Shown here: positions 26,201 through 35,480 of the stretch, in pieces
Layout of the letters: each line of letters starts with the position of its first letter
How positions within the stretch are numbered: the stretch's first letter is position 1
NCBI GenBank assembly: GCA_027923505.1
Contig: BROI01000036.1
Location: 124,001-188,000, forward strand
Source of the DNA: Mayamaea pseudoterrestris
Taxonomy: Eukaryota
Direction: 5' to 3'
DNA: 64,000 nucleotides
Notes under the pieces: generated by a model
The model's input: the letters and a program-made list of their open reading frames with translations, nothing else
What the model was told of the DNA's origin: nothing
The model's database searches: none
Position numbers and translations under genes: made by a program

Positions 26201-26220
26201 ACGGCGACAGTTTGATGTAA
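17221..26220 (+). CDS. Giant (~2999 aa) intrinsically disordered S/D-rich protein with internal repeats
   Basis: 9-kb stop-free ORF from ATG 17221 (MPFGWF); repeated motifs, basic clusters, no folded domain recognised. Confidence 0.85.
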   Translation: MPFGWFDRNAAAASKVFDSDLAVGGFGQAEDLQKSRVDPRLAGAANGQGHTKHTMSLDQHLAATNHNLNNAAAAAAAATNTFKDPLVEDDDEQISIDTFDLMPPDDLSGSFRSDDDSFIRKPLFEEGLYQVNDDDDSEHDDDSLGGTNLAKKFLMNGSFRVSPKTSGDEDDNSSDSDDDEDDAQRLEAIMKRSNGNAEVSSSSKAIVPDDNYEDNTRNNIQSLSAVGKANFSESAMHETEAAAATSTFSRASSLMARVRRTVPSTSEAAEAAIETTQQSTATTSATQQSTSLVDEKSTLNDESNRSTASTAASTTATASYTSAIGKRASLLVAATVKATTNTTPIDPLATTSNDSLDEEHDNDESSHNDGNVSRTACHESSASVDLPGIYQSQTNTSGSTDDGDDDFMKEFSRDLRPSGSEDSHSPGNNSSSSGSDDGAAMARIGALMQRETMPLTATASSPESHAASETLNNISSGSVSDNDGSSEQQSPLFSTSLASSHEDSLGERHVSDMDSPLRSSRDESSPESQTSSSAAASSTRKYGLPRSFPLGSPLQAMRRASQRGREIIQHAVENLVEETEHDQTERVDDDGVVVEKVAEVASCTLATQNTTTNMLFNKSNSSRDENDRSGSVIREEEPSDASENDIWLDDQGGTSSRLAELLSPATTAQHGEEDESGSHDEEKSRRSEDELGSQSTNYSMNGNFANSQLDEDGSCSKSDVSRSSNDSDSQSINQEADTVLKSPFEQAPSSSQTNGLTFNSQDSTSNCCSDNLHLPKHAHDDEVNESIIAKSQSLPDDELSRSDPDDASDSSGDSVSTSNYCDTNDESSNRSEAHSSDKVDSDREGRSYRSHEVNESINVAGSQRLTERSDPHDASSSYHDSVSCNTNESSDRSEAHSGDESNSDREDRRNRSQSYSSESLSRHSDKGSSRMSDSERSGLDDNFTACSTDDVRHVSCQSDPQSSSQEADNEAESIFEPIIQRKHMDKAESDFDMDHIATHTFQSEDFPPGTDKLGSDSGNESDFGDESGPCGNLVSAPFSQHLEDATFASVKLSKSSDVVVARQPPALAHATGEADWSDRGCMSSKSEKEASDTSCHGSRNSQEFEEIILPINYEATVLQKNGLLKNTRDGKSDEARQRAALALQKAGISISPDEVDFDGSSAHLDCDSSADMQAGEGYNGSQTLLTLQDTDDRPTTEPVEANQIHLPVIDAQKQAALALQRAGISMEPFEVQFENSQSSTDYKSSKSDNEEDRISNGQSNSHIQFEDPAFGDNQTSDLTKPNDYEFTDDARQRAASALQRAGISIQADEVDFEGSRSNFDDEASDSNSEENEGSQTARKGMADVTFGSPLQEESDEIQPLQNVSDSDARHRAALALQRAGISIEPDEVDFDGSHTDMNYHSSDSDSQDADNVSELKNGEDTECVFQRTSKRIIENDRPNFSWREDSAACDKNEEDCTVVEQNSGREEREFNVRAADPDSASLSNSNRTQSPLNARDDGTTLQQSSYASMEDGLLQLDGRRIDNISQSDAFCSASGESAVVPGSKMYFIDGRVDASGGSFNDSRLCDYEARPVDAPVSINLDSATAAAWAEGFEGSVTLTNVQQSTAASKTQAHYSRIGVQTSVNDSDDDEMVFSPKRLGASYRNLGDSASAMEKHYRKQGDTSTLPPLVATDTGNQNVASILDQQTDMRIMSLANETPVLLPEMTLISNDLPANSALPAKVPSDGIVTDVAEYDVQGKEEADGECNFGNRDDHENERGGVTASSDDAFSMLFKDKASESFNDSTSKFLFPNVMDDDSSSECDDAIGSDTDDSEGDSDEEELMRIMKLAEKLGPQERVGSPETLDGGAEPTSAGDGAGRQHDARIDNKTESVVDVCTKTNDSDNTSQLVPPANDTNYPVMHALGEHAFVGASFEQKFPAEAAKSSDSDAVSGATKNDMGAADVLVLSSRDDESEISLGSGSDVCSSDWSGSYETDTDASSSSDSGGSDEELDDDDERIPGKLVVKEAPLLRLENVTSMTRNYVGSDATKKPQNAGGWGLFGWGKKGSSATTSLPANVSSVDIIAPDSTHSKSTGVPVKGKDEKVKKKKKRRRRKKQISEPSVADNNSLASLNVPTTKSPTNTNNDDDAGSSSLLAVSQHTQRTDAQDTAHTSQSKTLTTSPVPVSVTKSLATLSPMPSVRSSLGTPLKKKKSKKDKGKKRGSDLTSHLAKTTRKVNQYGDEVSVGTNHLHEAPLSADKTKLIVLKNAAIYDEDEEDSKKPWQDALGTPKKQRRATVAFRQRSARAKSIAIHSINKYNPNSMGMGTIDEIKAAKDALEGMSAEFGSDGSNGSDENKLKSSRKNKLIMDHGSLHTINDAELGQIDEGDDEEKSDGDHNRADSDSSRPSDSENELKEDELNDLAHLTELEAELTEQPVDFDDMWDTVSCDLSVFQDYEIRKRFNERKKIRKQMQRERAKEERQAKATPRLRLFEKAKRDMVPSTIIRPTRKPQSTKDSRLTDEFLSAIHRVFDEEDGAIESLSEDEKSLSKKPYQTIQRSGSEKSLYLVQKNELGELLSDDEDDNESKSDDDTYIGSVVSGVSRQSRESITRKGVRRGRRPRQPKKSRSKSIRNRRNHSTAPTIDPAIIFEAELRRQKQSKVVTISGLKQEMNDRRGTTIKLLKKEFADRNRMTSMSMPTNNNDGKRGFRNDRGDADGFDAIASHGFGSDDIFGSAKKDDANISQDIPKTPQVAKQQVVRKTSNLDNHFSRWDTSTMSITSLDDLATVQNSPTAPTGLLGAAFAGTTAIAGNAIAGTTALAGNAYAGTTTLASNAISGTTALAGTALSAIPDLDNLKMPHMSPMHMPSVPSMPSFSLPNIPGLSGASGGSGNNSSNNSVTADDLPSMSPRKSPRMPVTRVKKKSDRNDDFGEPFPLTTVPEKESDDENEIGLLSNGGDGWFDDDNNGGNMAKAHPTSPNRPGLTRRLSQATKSFKISAPAMKFKMPKMPKRGGGNGFHGDSLM

Positions 26221-26931
26221 AGCTATGTGTGTTTATATGTCCTGCACCGTATACATGAATAAATTGCATATTGTACTGTTGTATACATACTGCTCTAAGT
26301 TAATGTACTTGTAAATACCGAGCAATGCGTTTGGAGCCCGACAATCCGGTGCCAGTTCTGCTTTTGGTATGGACAGCATTGCCTCATCTTTATTTCGTCA
26401 ATAACTCGCGACAGCAACTAAAGCGAGCTGTGCAAGCAGCGCATGTAGCCACAGAAGCGGCTTTTTTACTCGATTACAATGCAAGTCTTGTGCATGCATA
26501 ACATCATACAGTACCGTTTCTTCCTAGTGGGTAACGTTGTGACGTTTCAGACTTATACAAACCCTAGTACCGGACCGACGCGGTTTCACGATGACCGGGC
26601 GGTCATTTTCGCCTGCCGCGCCTGGACGATGGATCCTTCCATCGACCTTGATTGCAGCAACCAAGACCAAGAGCAGAGCATCATAGCAGCAATAGGAGAT
26701 TAGAAGCAAGCCAGCAGAGAAAGAATCGAGTAGAATAAGCAGCGCAGCATTCCCGCATTTTTCTGCATACTCGATTCAATTTGCATTGAGCAAGCAGCTT
26801 CGGTTTTGAATTTCAGTAGCTCGACCCATCAAGCAAGACTGGACGCTGCATCGAATCCGCATCAATCAGTTACAGCGTCCGTCCTTCAGATCAAGTAGAT
26901 TTTGCAGAAGCACTTGATTCAGCCTGCCATC

Positions 26932-29900
26932 ATGTCATCCAATCCGGAGACAATGTTTGGAAGCGGCAACAGCAGCAGTCACAACAACAGTCACAATGAT
27001 TCCAATCCACTCAAGTCCGACCCCGAACTCCTTGGTTTGTTAAAGCGACTAGACCAAGTCAAAAAGTACAAGACTTTTACCAAATGGAAAACCAAGTTTC
27101 TGGATCGCTTGGAAACCTTGCTCTACGAGGACGGCATGCCGTTTGCCACAAAGGCGACTGCCGACTTTACTGCGACTCTGCAAAAGTGCGTCAAGAAACT
27201 CGTTTCCGTGCAAGCCTGCATGGAGCGGGGCGACTTGACGGAAATTAAGAAAACGGTCAAGTCGTCACTGGCGCTGAGTGAAATGTGCAATTCGCTGGAA
27301 ACGGTGCGCGTGGCCGTCCAGGACTTGATTCCGGCGAGCAGTCAGGATGAAAAGCTGCGGCGATTTACAAAGTTTCATCTTGGCGCAGTCTTGATTCGAC
27401 AAGGCTTTGTGCAGTATGTCACGTTGAAGCAAGTGGAGGATGCCTTGACGGTCATTGGAACGGAACTGGCCAACGTTGCCGATCGGCAGCAGTTGGAATT
27501 GTTTGCGGCCTATGCGACGCAGATTCAGCGATTCTGCGACGTTTTGGCGGATTTGGCATTGTACGAAATCATGATGAAGTGCATGGAGTTTGCCGAAGCT
27601 CCAGAGGAAGAGGAAAGTAGCGACGAGGAAGTTGTTATGATTCCAATCGTGGTGGAGCACTCCGCCACGGGACAGTCGATCAAGCTACAGGTGGATCAGT
27701 CGGAGACGCTGGATAATTTGAAACTCATGATTGCCAACTTTTGCGGATTGGAGCCGGCGAAACAAGTATTGACGCTCAATGACGAGGAGTTGACTGACGA
27801 CGCGCAGTCGTTGGTGGATGCTGGCGTTGTGGCCAACTCCAAGCTCATGGTGGCGCCTCTCAAGGTTCCAATTACGGTTCGTACCTTGGATGGCAAGACG
27901 ATTCCGCTCTTGGTTGATCCGACGGAATACTTGACCGATATCAAGCGCGCGCTTCAAGCCGACTCGCAACTGGCGCCGAACAACCAAAAGCTGTTTATGA
28001 ATGGAACAGAGCTGGCGGACAACAACAAGAAAATTGGTGACTATAAAATTTCTGCTGGTGCCGTTTTGGATCTGGAACCAAAGGCCATTACGGTTCACGT
28101 TGAAGGCCCTAGCGGCAAGACGCATGCAATTGAAATCTCGCCGCATGAATCGCTGCAGGTCTTGCGCGAAAAGCTGACAAAGCCGACTGGAATTTCGGCA
28201 GCCAAGCAAGTAATAAAGTCTGGCGATCGTAGCGAGGAAATTCCGAATAGCAGCAACGACGTGACAATGAAAGACTTGGGTATTCAGAACGGAGCGAGCT
28301 TGACGGTGGAGCCTTTTCGAGTGCCAGTCACGATCCACCAGGACGACGGAACCTCTTTTGACATTCTGGTCGATCCCAGTGATTACTTGAGTGATATCAA
28401 GCGACAGCTCGAGCAAGCGTCGGGAATGCCGGCAAAGAACCAGAAACTCTACATGGAAGGGAACGAACTTGACGACAACAACAAGACGGCTGATGAGTAT
28501 GGTATTGGAGCGGGATCGGTCATCGATTTGGAACCCAAGGTGATGAAAATTAATGTTGAAACACCAGACGGCAAGTCGTATTCCGTTGAAGTTGCTCCGT
28601 CCGATACCACTGATGAATTGCGAGAAAAGATTGCCCAGCGAGTTGGCATTCCAGCAGAGAAACAAAAGCTGACGTTCAATGGCACTGGCATTCCTGCCGA
28701 CAGCGACAAGGCGGTGAGAGACTTGGGCATTCAAAATGGTTCGAATCTGGAGGTGTCGCTCAACAAAATCCCAGTCACAGTAAATACCTTGGATGGCAAG
28801 AGCTTTCAAGTCATGGTTGATCCAACCGATAAGATGCGCAACATCAAAAAGCAACTGGAGGGTGAAACGGGGATCCAATCCAACAATCAGCGCTTGTTCA
28901 TGGACGGTGACGAGCTTGATAATGACGACAAGACTGCTGCCGAGTACGGCGTGCAGGAAGGTTCGGTGCTCGACTTGGAACCAGTCGCGTTCCAAATCAC
29001 TGTGGCGACTCCTGATGGCAACACCTATACCGTAAAAGCATCCCCATCTGATACCAGCGATACCCTTAAAGAGAAGATAGCATCGGCCACGGGCATGCCT
29101 GCAGCAAAGCAACTCCTCAAGTTTGAAAGCGAGGAAATTCCCACTGGAGGCCAAACCTTGAAGGATATTGGCATCCAGGACGGTTCCAACATCACTGCAG
29201 AGATACGATGTGTGCCGGTGTTAGTGAATACTCTGGACGGCCAGCAAATTGAAGTTATGGTCAATCCGACAAGCTCCCTGGGAGAGATCAAAAAGCAATT
29301 AGAATCAAAATCCGGTATACCGCCAGCAAATCAAAGCATTTCCATGGCCGGCTGCGAGCTTGACGATGATGCAAAGTCTGCCGAGGCCTATGGTATCGAG
29401 GCTGGTTCTTTGCTGGTCCTCGAACCAAAGTTAATGACCATCCATGTGCGAACACCTGATGGTGCCACCCATTCCGTTGACATTACACCGTCGGATACAA
29501 GCGACGATTTAAAGGAAAAGATTGCGAAGCAGACGGGCATACAAGCGCCTCGGCAAATTCTCCAGCAGGATGGCAAGGAGCTCCCAGATGGTGCGACAGT
29601 GAGACGCATGAAATTGAAAGACGGATCTACTCTTGACGTTGACATTTTCCGCGTCCCAGTTACGGTGAACACTTTTGACGGACGGCAGCTTCAAATCATG
29701 GTTGATCCGACAGATGTGCTGGGAGATATAAAGAAACAACTTGAGCCAGAGGCAGGGATACCGGCAGCTAATCAATGCATTTCCCTGGCCGGGTGTGAGC
29801 TTGATGACGATGGCAAGTCGGCAAAGGGTCATGGAATTGAAGCTGGTTCATTGCTTGTTCTTGAACCAAAGTCAATGGCCATAAATGTAGAACTACCTGA

Positions 29901-31698
29901 CGGTAAAACACACTCTATTAACATCACGCCATCTGATACAAGCGATGATTTGAAGAATAAAATTGCTAAGCAGACAGGAATGTCAGCGCCTCGACAGGTT
30001 CTCAAGCGGGACGGCAAGGCACTTCCGGAAGGGGCAACTGCTCGGAAAATGGGAATCAAAGACGGGTCAACAATAAGTGTTGAGCCATTCAAATGCCAAG
30101 TAACAGTTAACACCATGGACGGCAAGCAGATTCAACTCATGATTGACCCAACGGAGAGTTTGGGAGTCATTAAGAACCAACTTGAGCCAGAATCCGGAAT
30201 ACCTGTTGCAAATCAATGTCTCTCTATGGCTGGGTGCGAATTAAGCGACAATGGTAAAGCTGCTCAAGACTATGGCATTGAGGCTGGCTCTTTACTAGTT
30301 CTTGAACCGAAATTGTTGACTGTCAATGTACAAATGGACGGTGCGTCCTATTCTCTCGACATCACACCCTCTGATACGAGCGAGGATATAAAGGATAAGA
30401 TATCAAACCTGACAGGAATGGCGGCGCCTCGCCAAATACTCAAACAAAACGGCAAAGACCTTCCAAAGGACGCATCTGTGAGAAAAATGGGTATCAAAGA
30501 TGGTTCGACAATAACTGTAGAGCCTTTCAAGATCCCTATCGCCGTCAAATTAATGGATGGCAAGATCATCAAAGCGATGATAGAACCGTCGAGTAAATTG
30601 TGCGATATAAAGGATCAGCTTGCAGCCGAGTCTGGCATTCCGGGAAAGAACCAGTGTTTGAAATTTAATGATGACGAGCTCGCTGACGACAACAAGTCGG
30701 CAGTCGAGTATGGTCTCGAAAGCGGGTCGCAATTGGAACTCGAACCCAAGAGCTTCGTCGTCCACGTCTCGTTGCCTGATGGAACGAAACAGTCAGTTGA
30801 ATTGACGCCGGCTGATACCAGCGACACAGTCAAAGAGAAAGTGGCGAAGCAGACGGGAATCTTGGCGCCTCGTCAAGTCATAAAGTTCCAGGGCCAGCCA
30901 TTAATCAGCGACGGTCACACGGTGAAGGAGTTGGGCATTCGAGATGGTTCGAATCTCGTCATCGACATTTTCCGAGTACCAATTAAAGTCAAGACTCATG
31001 ACGGCAGGACTCTAAGCCTCAAGGTGGAGCCATGCGATACGATTGACAGCGTAAAGATAATGATCGAAGAGGAGACGAGCATTGCACCGAAAAAACAACG
31101 TCTCAAGTATAATGACAAGGAGCTGAGCAATGGCGTCAAAACCTGTGCAGAATGTGGCGTCCAAGAAGGGTCAGTTTTGATCGTCGAACCGAGCTCTGAC
31201 CCAATAATATTTGTCGATATCAAATGCGGAACACTCTTCGCGGTTGACCGCGACGAGGTACTTAACCGACAAGCGTTGACTCCTTTGCAAGGCAACAAAC
31301 TCGATTTTGTTGAAGCCGCAAAGGACGGAGCAACACGCGATAAGATTCTACAAAGCATGAAGGAATCACCGTCGCTTGGCGTGGCGACGCAAGTCGTTGT
31401 TCAAAAGATGGACATTGAGGACATTACGTTGGAGGAAGCGGAAAAGGTCAAGAGCATGTGGGGCGTTAACCTCAAAAAGCGCGAAAAGAATAAGAAGGGC
31501 GAGGAATTCATTTTCGTTGATCCAAAAACTGGAGCGTGCGGCGAGCTTTCGCGTAAAAAGTGCATCGACTCAAACTTTATCACCGTCGTTGCGAGCGGCA
31601 AGGGTGAAACTCTTGCCCAAAGAGAGACGGATACGATGATGTACGACAAATATGTTTTCGAGATACGAAATATCTTTGGGATCAAGTCCGCCGTTTAA
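26932..31698 (+). CDS. Protein with 16 tandem ubiquitin-like domains, N-terminal helical domain and short C-terminal domain (1588 aa)
   Basis: ~73-79-aa units such as IKVKTHDGRTLSLKVEPCDTIDSVKIMIEEETSIAPKKQRLKYNDKELS...GVQEGSVL align by eye to ubiquitin; none has a C-terminal GG. Confidence 0.92.
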   Translation: MSSNPETMFGSGNSSSHNNSHNDSNPLKSDPELLGLLKRLDQVKKYKTFTKWKTKFLDRLETLLYEDGMPFATKATADFTATLQKCVKKLVSVQACMERGDLTEIKKTVKSSLALSEMCNSLETVRVAVQDLIPASSQDEKLRRFTKFHLGAVLIRQGFVQYVTLKQVEDALTVIGTELANVADRQQLELFAAYATQIQRFCDVLADLALYEIMMKCMEFAEAPEEEESSDEEVVMIPIVVEHSATGQSIKLQVDQSETLDNLKLMIANFCGLEPAKQVLTLNDEELTDDAQSLVDAGVVANSKLMVAPLKVPITVRTLDGKTIPLLVDPTEYLTDIKRALQADSQLAPNNQKLFMNGTELADNNKKIGDYKISAGAVLDLEPKAITVHVEGPSGKTHAIEISPHESLQVLREKLTKPTGISAAKQVIKSGDRSEEIPNSSNDVTMKDLGIQNGASLTVEPFRVPVTIHQDDGTSFDILVDPSDYLSDIKRQLEQASGMPAKNQKLYMEGNELDDNNKTADEYGIGAGSVIDLEPKVMKINVETPDGKSYSVEVAPSDTTDELREKIAQRVGIPAEKQKLTFNGTGIPADSDKAVRDLGIQNGSNLEVSLNKIPVTVNTLDGKSFQVMVDPTDKMRNIKKQLEGETGIQSNNQRLFMDGDELDNDDKTAAEYGVQEGSVLDLEPVAFQITVATPDGNTYTVKASPSDTSDTLKEKIASATGMPAAKQLLKFESEEIPTGGQTLKDIGIQDGSNITAEIRCVPVLVNTLDGQQIEVMVNPTSSLGEIKKQLESKSGIPPANQSISMAGCELDDDAKSAEAYGIEAGSLLVLEPKLMTIHVRTPDGATHSVDITPSDTSDDLKEKIAKQTGIQAPRQILQQDGKELPDGATVRRMKLKDGSTLDVDIFRVPVTVNTFDGRQLQIMVDPTDVLGDIKKQLEPEAGIPAANQCISLAGCELDDDGKSAKGHGIEAGSLLVLEPKSMAINVELPDGKTHSINITPSDTSDDLKNKIAKQTGMSAPRQVLKRDGKALPEGATARKMGIKDGSTISVEPFKCQVTVNTMDGKQIQLMIDPTESLGVIKNQLEPESGIPVANQCLSMAGCELSDNGKAAQDYGIEAGSLLVLEPKLLTVNVQMDGASYSLDITPSDTSEDIKDKISNLTGMAAPRQILKQNGKDLPKDASVRKMGIKDGSTITVEPFKIPIAVKLMDGKIIKAMIEPSSKLCDIKDQLAAESGIPGKNQCLKFNDDELADDNKSAVEYGLESGSQLELEPKSFVVHVSLPDGTKQSVELTPADTSDTVKEKVAKQTGILAPRQVIKFQGQPLISDGHTVKELGIRDGSNLVIDIFRVPIKVKTHDGRTLSLKVEPCDTIDSVKIMIEEETSIAPKKQRLKYNDKELSNGVKTCAECGVQEGSVLIVEPSSDPIIFVDIKCGTLFAVDRDEVLNRQALTPLQGNKLDFVEAAKDGATRDKILQSMKESPSLGVATQVVVQKMDIEDITLEEAEKVKSMWGVNLKKREKNKKGEEFIFVDPKTGACGELSRKKCIDSNFITVVASGKGETLAQRETDTMMYDKYVFEIRNIFGIKSAV

Positions 31699-31886
31699 AC
31701 AAATAGCAAGTGTGTAATTAATTTATGTGACAATTTTTTGTGACATGTCTTACAAAACATTCCTAGTTCGAAATGAGACGCCAACTGGCGCTCCATAGCA
31801 TATCAGGTGAGTAGCAAATGTCTCAGCTTATCCGTCGGCACGCTGCTGCCAGGATGTACAACGGAGAGGAAAGGCATGGCGTAGCT

Positions 31887-33714
31887 TTATAGCAAGTGTT
31901 CCGCCCGAAGAAAGTCTATGAGCGTGATTTGATCTGCAGCGAATGTAACCTCTTTCTCTTCATGCAGCAGTTCGGGTGCACGACGTAAGACGGACGACCG
32001 TATCGTTGGAATCAAGCTGCCAACAGAGATTTGATTGTTGCGGTCCAATACATGCTGCGCCACCTCTGCCAGCGGAACCTCTATAGCCGCCCTTTCATTG
32101 TGCGAAACATGACTGTTTATAATTAACAACTGATTCGTCGCACCCGCAACGATGGAAATGCCCGTGGCAGTGTTTCGAGCAACGGAGCAAGCGTTCATGC
32201 TTACGCATCCAGCCTCCAAGTACAAGCCCGAGTGTCCGCGCCGAACACCGCTCCCTCTCACATTTCCCTGACCGTTTCCAATAATGTCAGTCTGACAAAT
32301 CGTTATCTTGGCGGTGGAACCAGCAAGGTATACGCCAGTCGCTGCGCAATTGTGCACGAGGCAGTCGCGAATGTCGGCGACGGAATTGTCGCCCATGACG
32401 GATACGCCACGGCCACTTTTTGACTGAACGGAGCATTGTTGGAGCATCACCGTTGCTGCGACGACTGAATTGAATTCAGACGCTGGTCCAGCGTCCGATC
32501 GTAAGCTTGCTTCGCCGTCAGTATGCCCATCTTGCTGGTGCATTTGCTCATTCGTTGGTTCGCGCGGACGGACAAAGACGGCAGCGTTGCCGTTCCAAAG
32601 GTCGGCTCCATGCGACTCGTGGCACAAATCGAGACCCTGTAAAACCAATGTTCCTTGAGTAACGTGGAAGAGTGGCTGGTTGAACCGGATAGCGCCAGCG
32701 TTTGAAACGACGCGAGGAGGTGTTCCTTTAGCGCTGCTGCTTGCGTCGACTGCCGCGATTGTTACTTCGACGTTTGCATCAATGTGTATCGACTCATTTA
32801 CAGAATGCGTCCCACTTTGAAGTAGAATGGTGATGTTGCGCGGTGACTGTAATTGCTTGCGGCTGGGCGCAACAGCGTCAACTGATGCAGTGCAGTCCGC
32901 AAACTTCATCGCCATTTGAATGGTCGAAAAATCGACGGGCACCAGCGGATGACTGAAGTACAATTCTTTCCAAGTCGTCAACGGCTCGACTTGTTCAGGG
33001 GTCCACTATCATAGAGTAAAAGTTGGCGAGCAAGGTTGGTATGCTGTTAGTAAACGCAGTGACGTGTGCCTTGTGCATCGGCCAAATCAAATAGAATTAT
33101 ATTCTATCGTGTCGCTCACTCACCTTTCCATAAGCCTCACCCATGACCTTCCACAGTGCATCGCCCTGGATTTGATTGTTGAAGTTTTGATTCGTTTGCG
33201 ATATATTGGAAGCTGCTTGTGGACCCGCAAAGACAAGAACTTCATAAAGCAACTCGGTCGGAAGAAATGAAAGCGAAGGCTTTCGTTGCTCGTTCACCGG
33301 TGCTTTGGCGGAACATGACTTGAATGTAGATGCCATGTTCTGCAAGGTAGCCGATTCCACTGTAACCTTGTTCTGCAATCGCCTTTCGACGTTCTTGCTG
33401 ATGTCAGTAAGAGTTTCTTCGTCGATGGAGTTTTGTCGCGACCGAGGCAGTGGAAAGGAGGGCAGCCACAGTAATGGCTTCTTCATGGCGAGTGGACTCC
33501 TTCTTGACTTGCTTGTCGTAGTAGCGACTTGCTTGTTCTTTATTTGCTGGCCTTTAATTTGCTGCTTGGACTTAATTATGATAGAGCAATCAACCCTTGT
33601 CGTTGACGCCTTGCTGTTCCGACTCGTGCTCTTGCTTGTCGTTGGTGTCTCATTCATCATACTATTGCTCGTCACTGGTGCGATACTCTTGGACTTGATA
33701 GAGGAGGACATCAT
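31887..33714 (-). CDS. F-box plus right-handed beta-helix protein (FBXO11/FBXO10-like); exons 33714-33124, 33005-31887
   Basis: F-box LSFLPTELLYEVLVF...DALWK. The GTGAGT...ATAG intron joins in frame to WKELY...VPVDFSTIQMA, followed by PbH1-like repeats (HNCAATGVY, NTATGISI). Confidence 0.8.
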
Positions 33715-34370
33715 GCAACCTTTTGCGTTTCCTTGTGAATGAGCAGGATTGGAGAGTGCATTGATGTCGATTGTCGATGCAAGTTGCGAAAGAACGCTAA
33801 ATTGACGTACTCCAGGTGTCAAGGAAGGTCATTGTGGGCCTTCTGAGTGTCAAGTGAGATCGTGGAAAAGGCCGTTTCCGGCGAAGGAGGCAGAGAGCAC
33901 AAAAGTGATATTTATTTATTTAACGAAAACGTCGATGAAACAAGATGTCTTTCGAGGCAATAGTTCTATCCCTGACAATGACTGAATTTCAATCGTGTAT
34001 TCCCGTCGTGAACAGACGTGCCAATTGCCCACGGAACAAGAAATTCGAAGGCTCTAACTATTGCCCGTGCATTTTCTTGTGTACCGGTAGCCATTCTCAC
34101 TGGAATCAACTACCGGTAATTTCGGCCCAACGAGTTAACCGGCACGGCCTCGATTGGCCAAATTACTACCTACGTAGGCAGGGCCAGACAACTTGCAACA
34201 TTTAATACGTAAGCCACTAATTCTTGATGGCTTAGGGCAAGACAAGGAGTGGTAAAGGCAGGCTCCACTCGGACGTGCACTCGCCGTGGCGCGACTGGAA
34301 GCATGTAAACGGATCGTCCTATGGCTCTGAACCTGATTCATAGAAACGTGAGCAACTACTTGAGGATCTC

Positions 34371-35480
34371 TCATTGCTCATTGCCGCAATCGTATAGGCT
34401 GTTTAACCTCTGCAGAGCGCCACTAAACGCACTTTCATCGAGCTCATGAACGAGACTCAGCAAGAGTCGTCGAGTCGCTGGATCATGACTGCTCGCGTGA
34501 CCTCCGCTGTAGGCTTGCGGTTGCACAGGTATCTCACGCTGCTCATGGCCACCTGGGAATAGAAAATCCATGGTACTATCGAATATTTGGGCTTGTTTAC
34601 TTGCATTAGTAATGTCTTCAAAGCAAACAACCATTGTCCTCTCCACTGGATCCATCTGCCTGCGTCTCTCCAACTCAATAAAGTAGCGTTCGATGTTGTA
34701 GTACCACGTCTGGAGTGCCACATGAATGTAGACGCGCATCCCAAAGTTCAAGTCTTCATCCGCCAAGAATTTACAAATGGATCGGTTTCGAGTGGGCGTC
34801 AAGTCGAAATCAATGTCACGCAAGTACTTTTCCCATTCCATGCCATGTCTTGGTCTTTTGTTCCTCCATGGCCTGCCAGCGGGTGACAACCAACACTCAT
34901 GACCCGCTTGATGATATAGGTATCCAGAGACAATGGCGTCATACATGTTGCGGACAAGGACAACGTGTCGGTAGTCCTTTGCCGCGGTGGAGTTTGGAAA
35001 GCTGCCTAAATTGATATGCATTCGCGAAATGTCATGGTTAAACGGGCCATAAAGATTCTTGGACAAGATAAAGCCAAACTTGTGGTTGCACCTGTACATG
35101 CAGTTTTGAGTGAAGCAGATATACTTGTTTGCATCTCGCAATGGTACGACTTACAAGAGCAGCCGCTCGCAGCACTCTCGACTCGGTTGGAAGCACGAAC
35201 ATTCTTCGTCCACCACCGTCACCATTGACGCCATGTCGCCATCTACTCCACCTATAGCGGTTATGTCACGTGTAAATAGTAAAATCACAACCAATATGAC
35301 TATCATCATTCCCAAATATGGAAGCGAGGCAAAAGCTTTGAAGCTTTGAAGAGTTGATGAATAGCATTGATCGCCACCTTGCGCAGATTCGAGAATGCAA
35401 TGTTCATCCTCCCATGCTTCCGCATCTGAAGTAGTATCATCGCGATATTTTTCATTTACACGCACTGCTTCCATGTTCAT
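34371..35480 (-). CDS. Type II membrane sulfotransferase-like protein; exons 35480-35155, 35091-34371
   Basis: TM anchor. A 63-nt GTAAGT...CAG intron removes the apparent stop, giving LLLCNHKFG (5'-PSB-like) followed by VRNMYDAIVSGYLYH (3'-PB motif). Confidence 0.7.

Noticed and set aside
27685..29154. 489-aa antisense ORF
   Set aside because: Shadow of the poly-UBL coding strand; no protein-like motif.
26932..31698. Canonical polyubiquitin call
   Set aside because: The units are divergent, lack LRGG and are flanked by non-ubiquitin domains.
35151..35153. In-frame TAA suggesting readthrough or a pseudogene in the sulfotransferase-like gene
   Set aside because: It lies within a canonical 63-nt GTAAGT...CAG intron.
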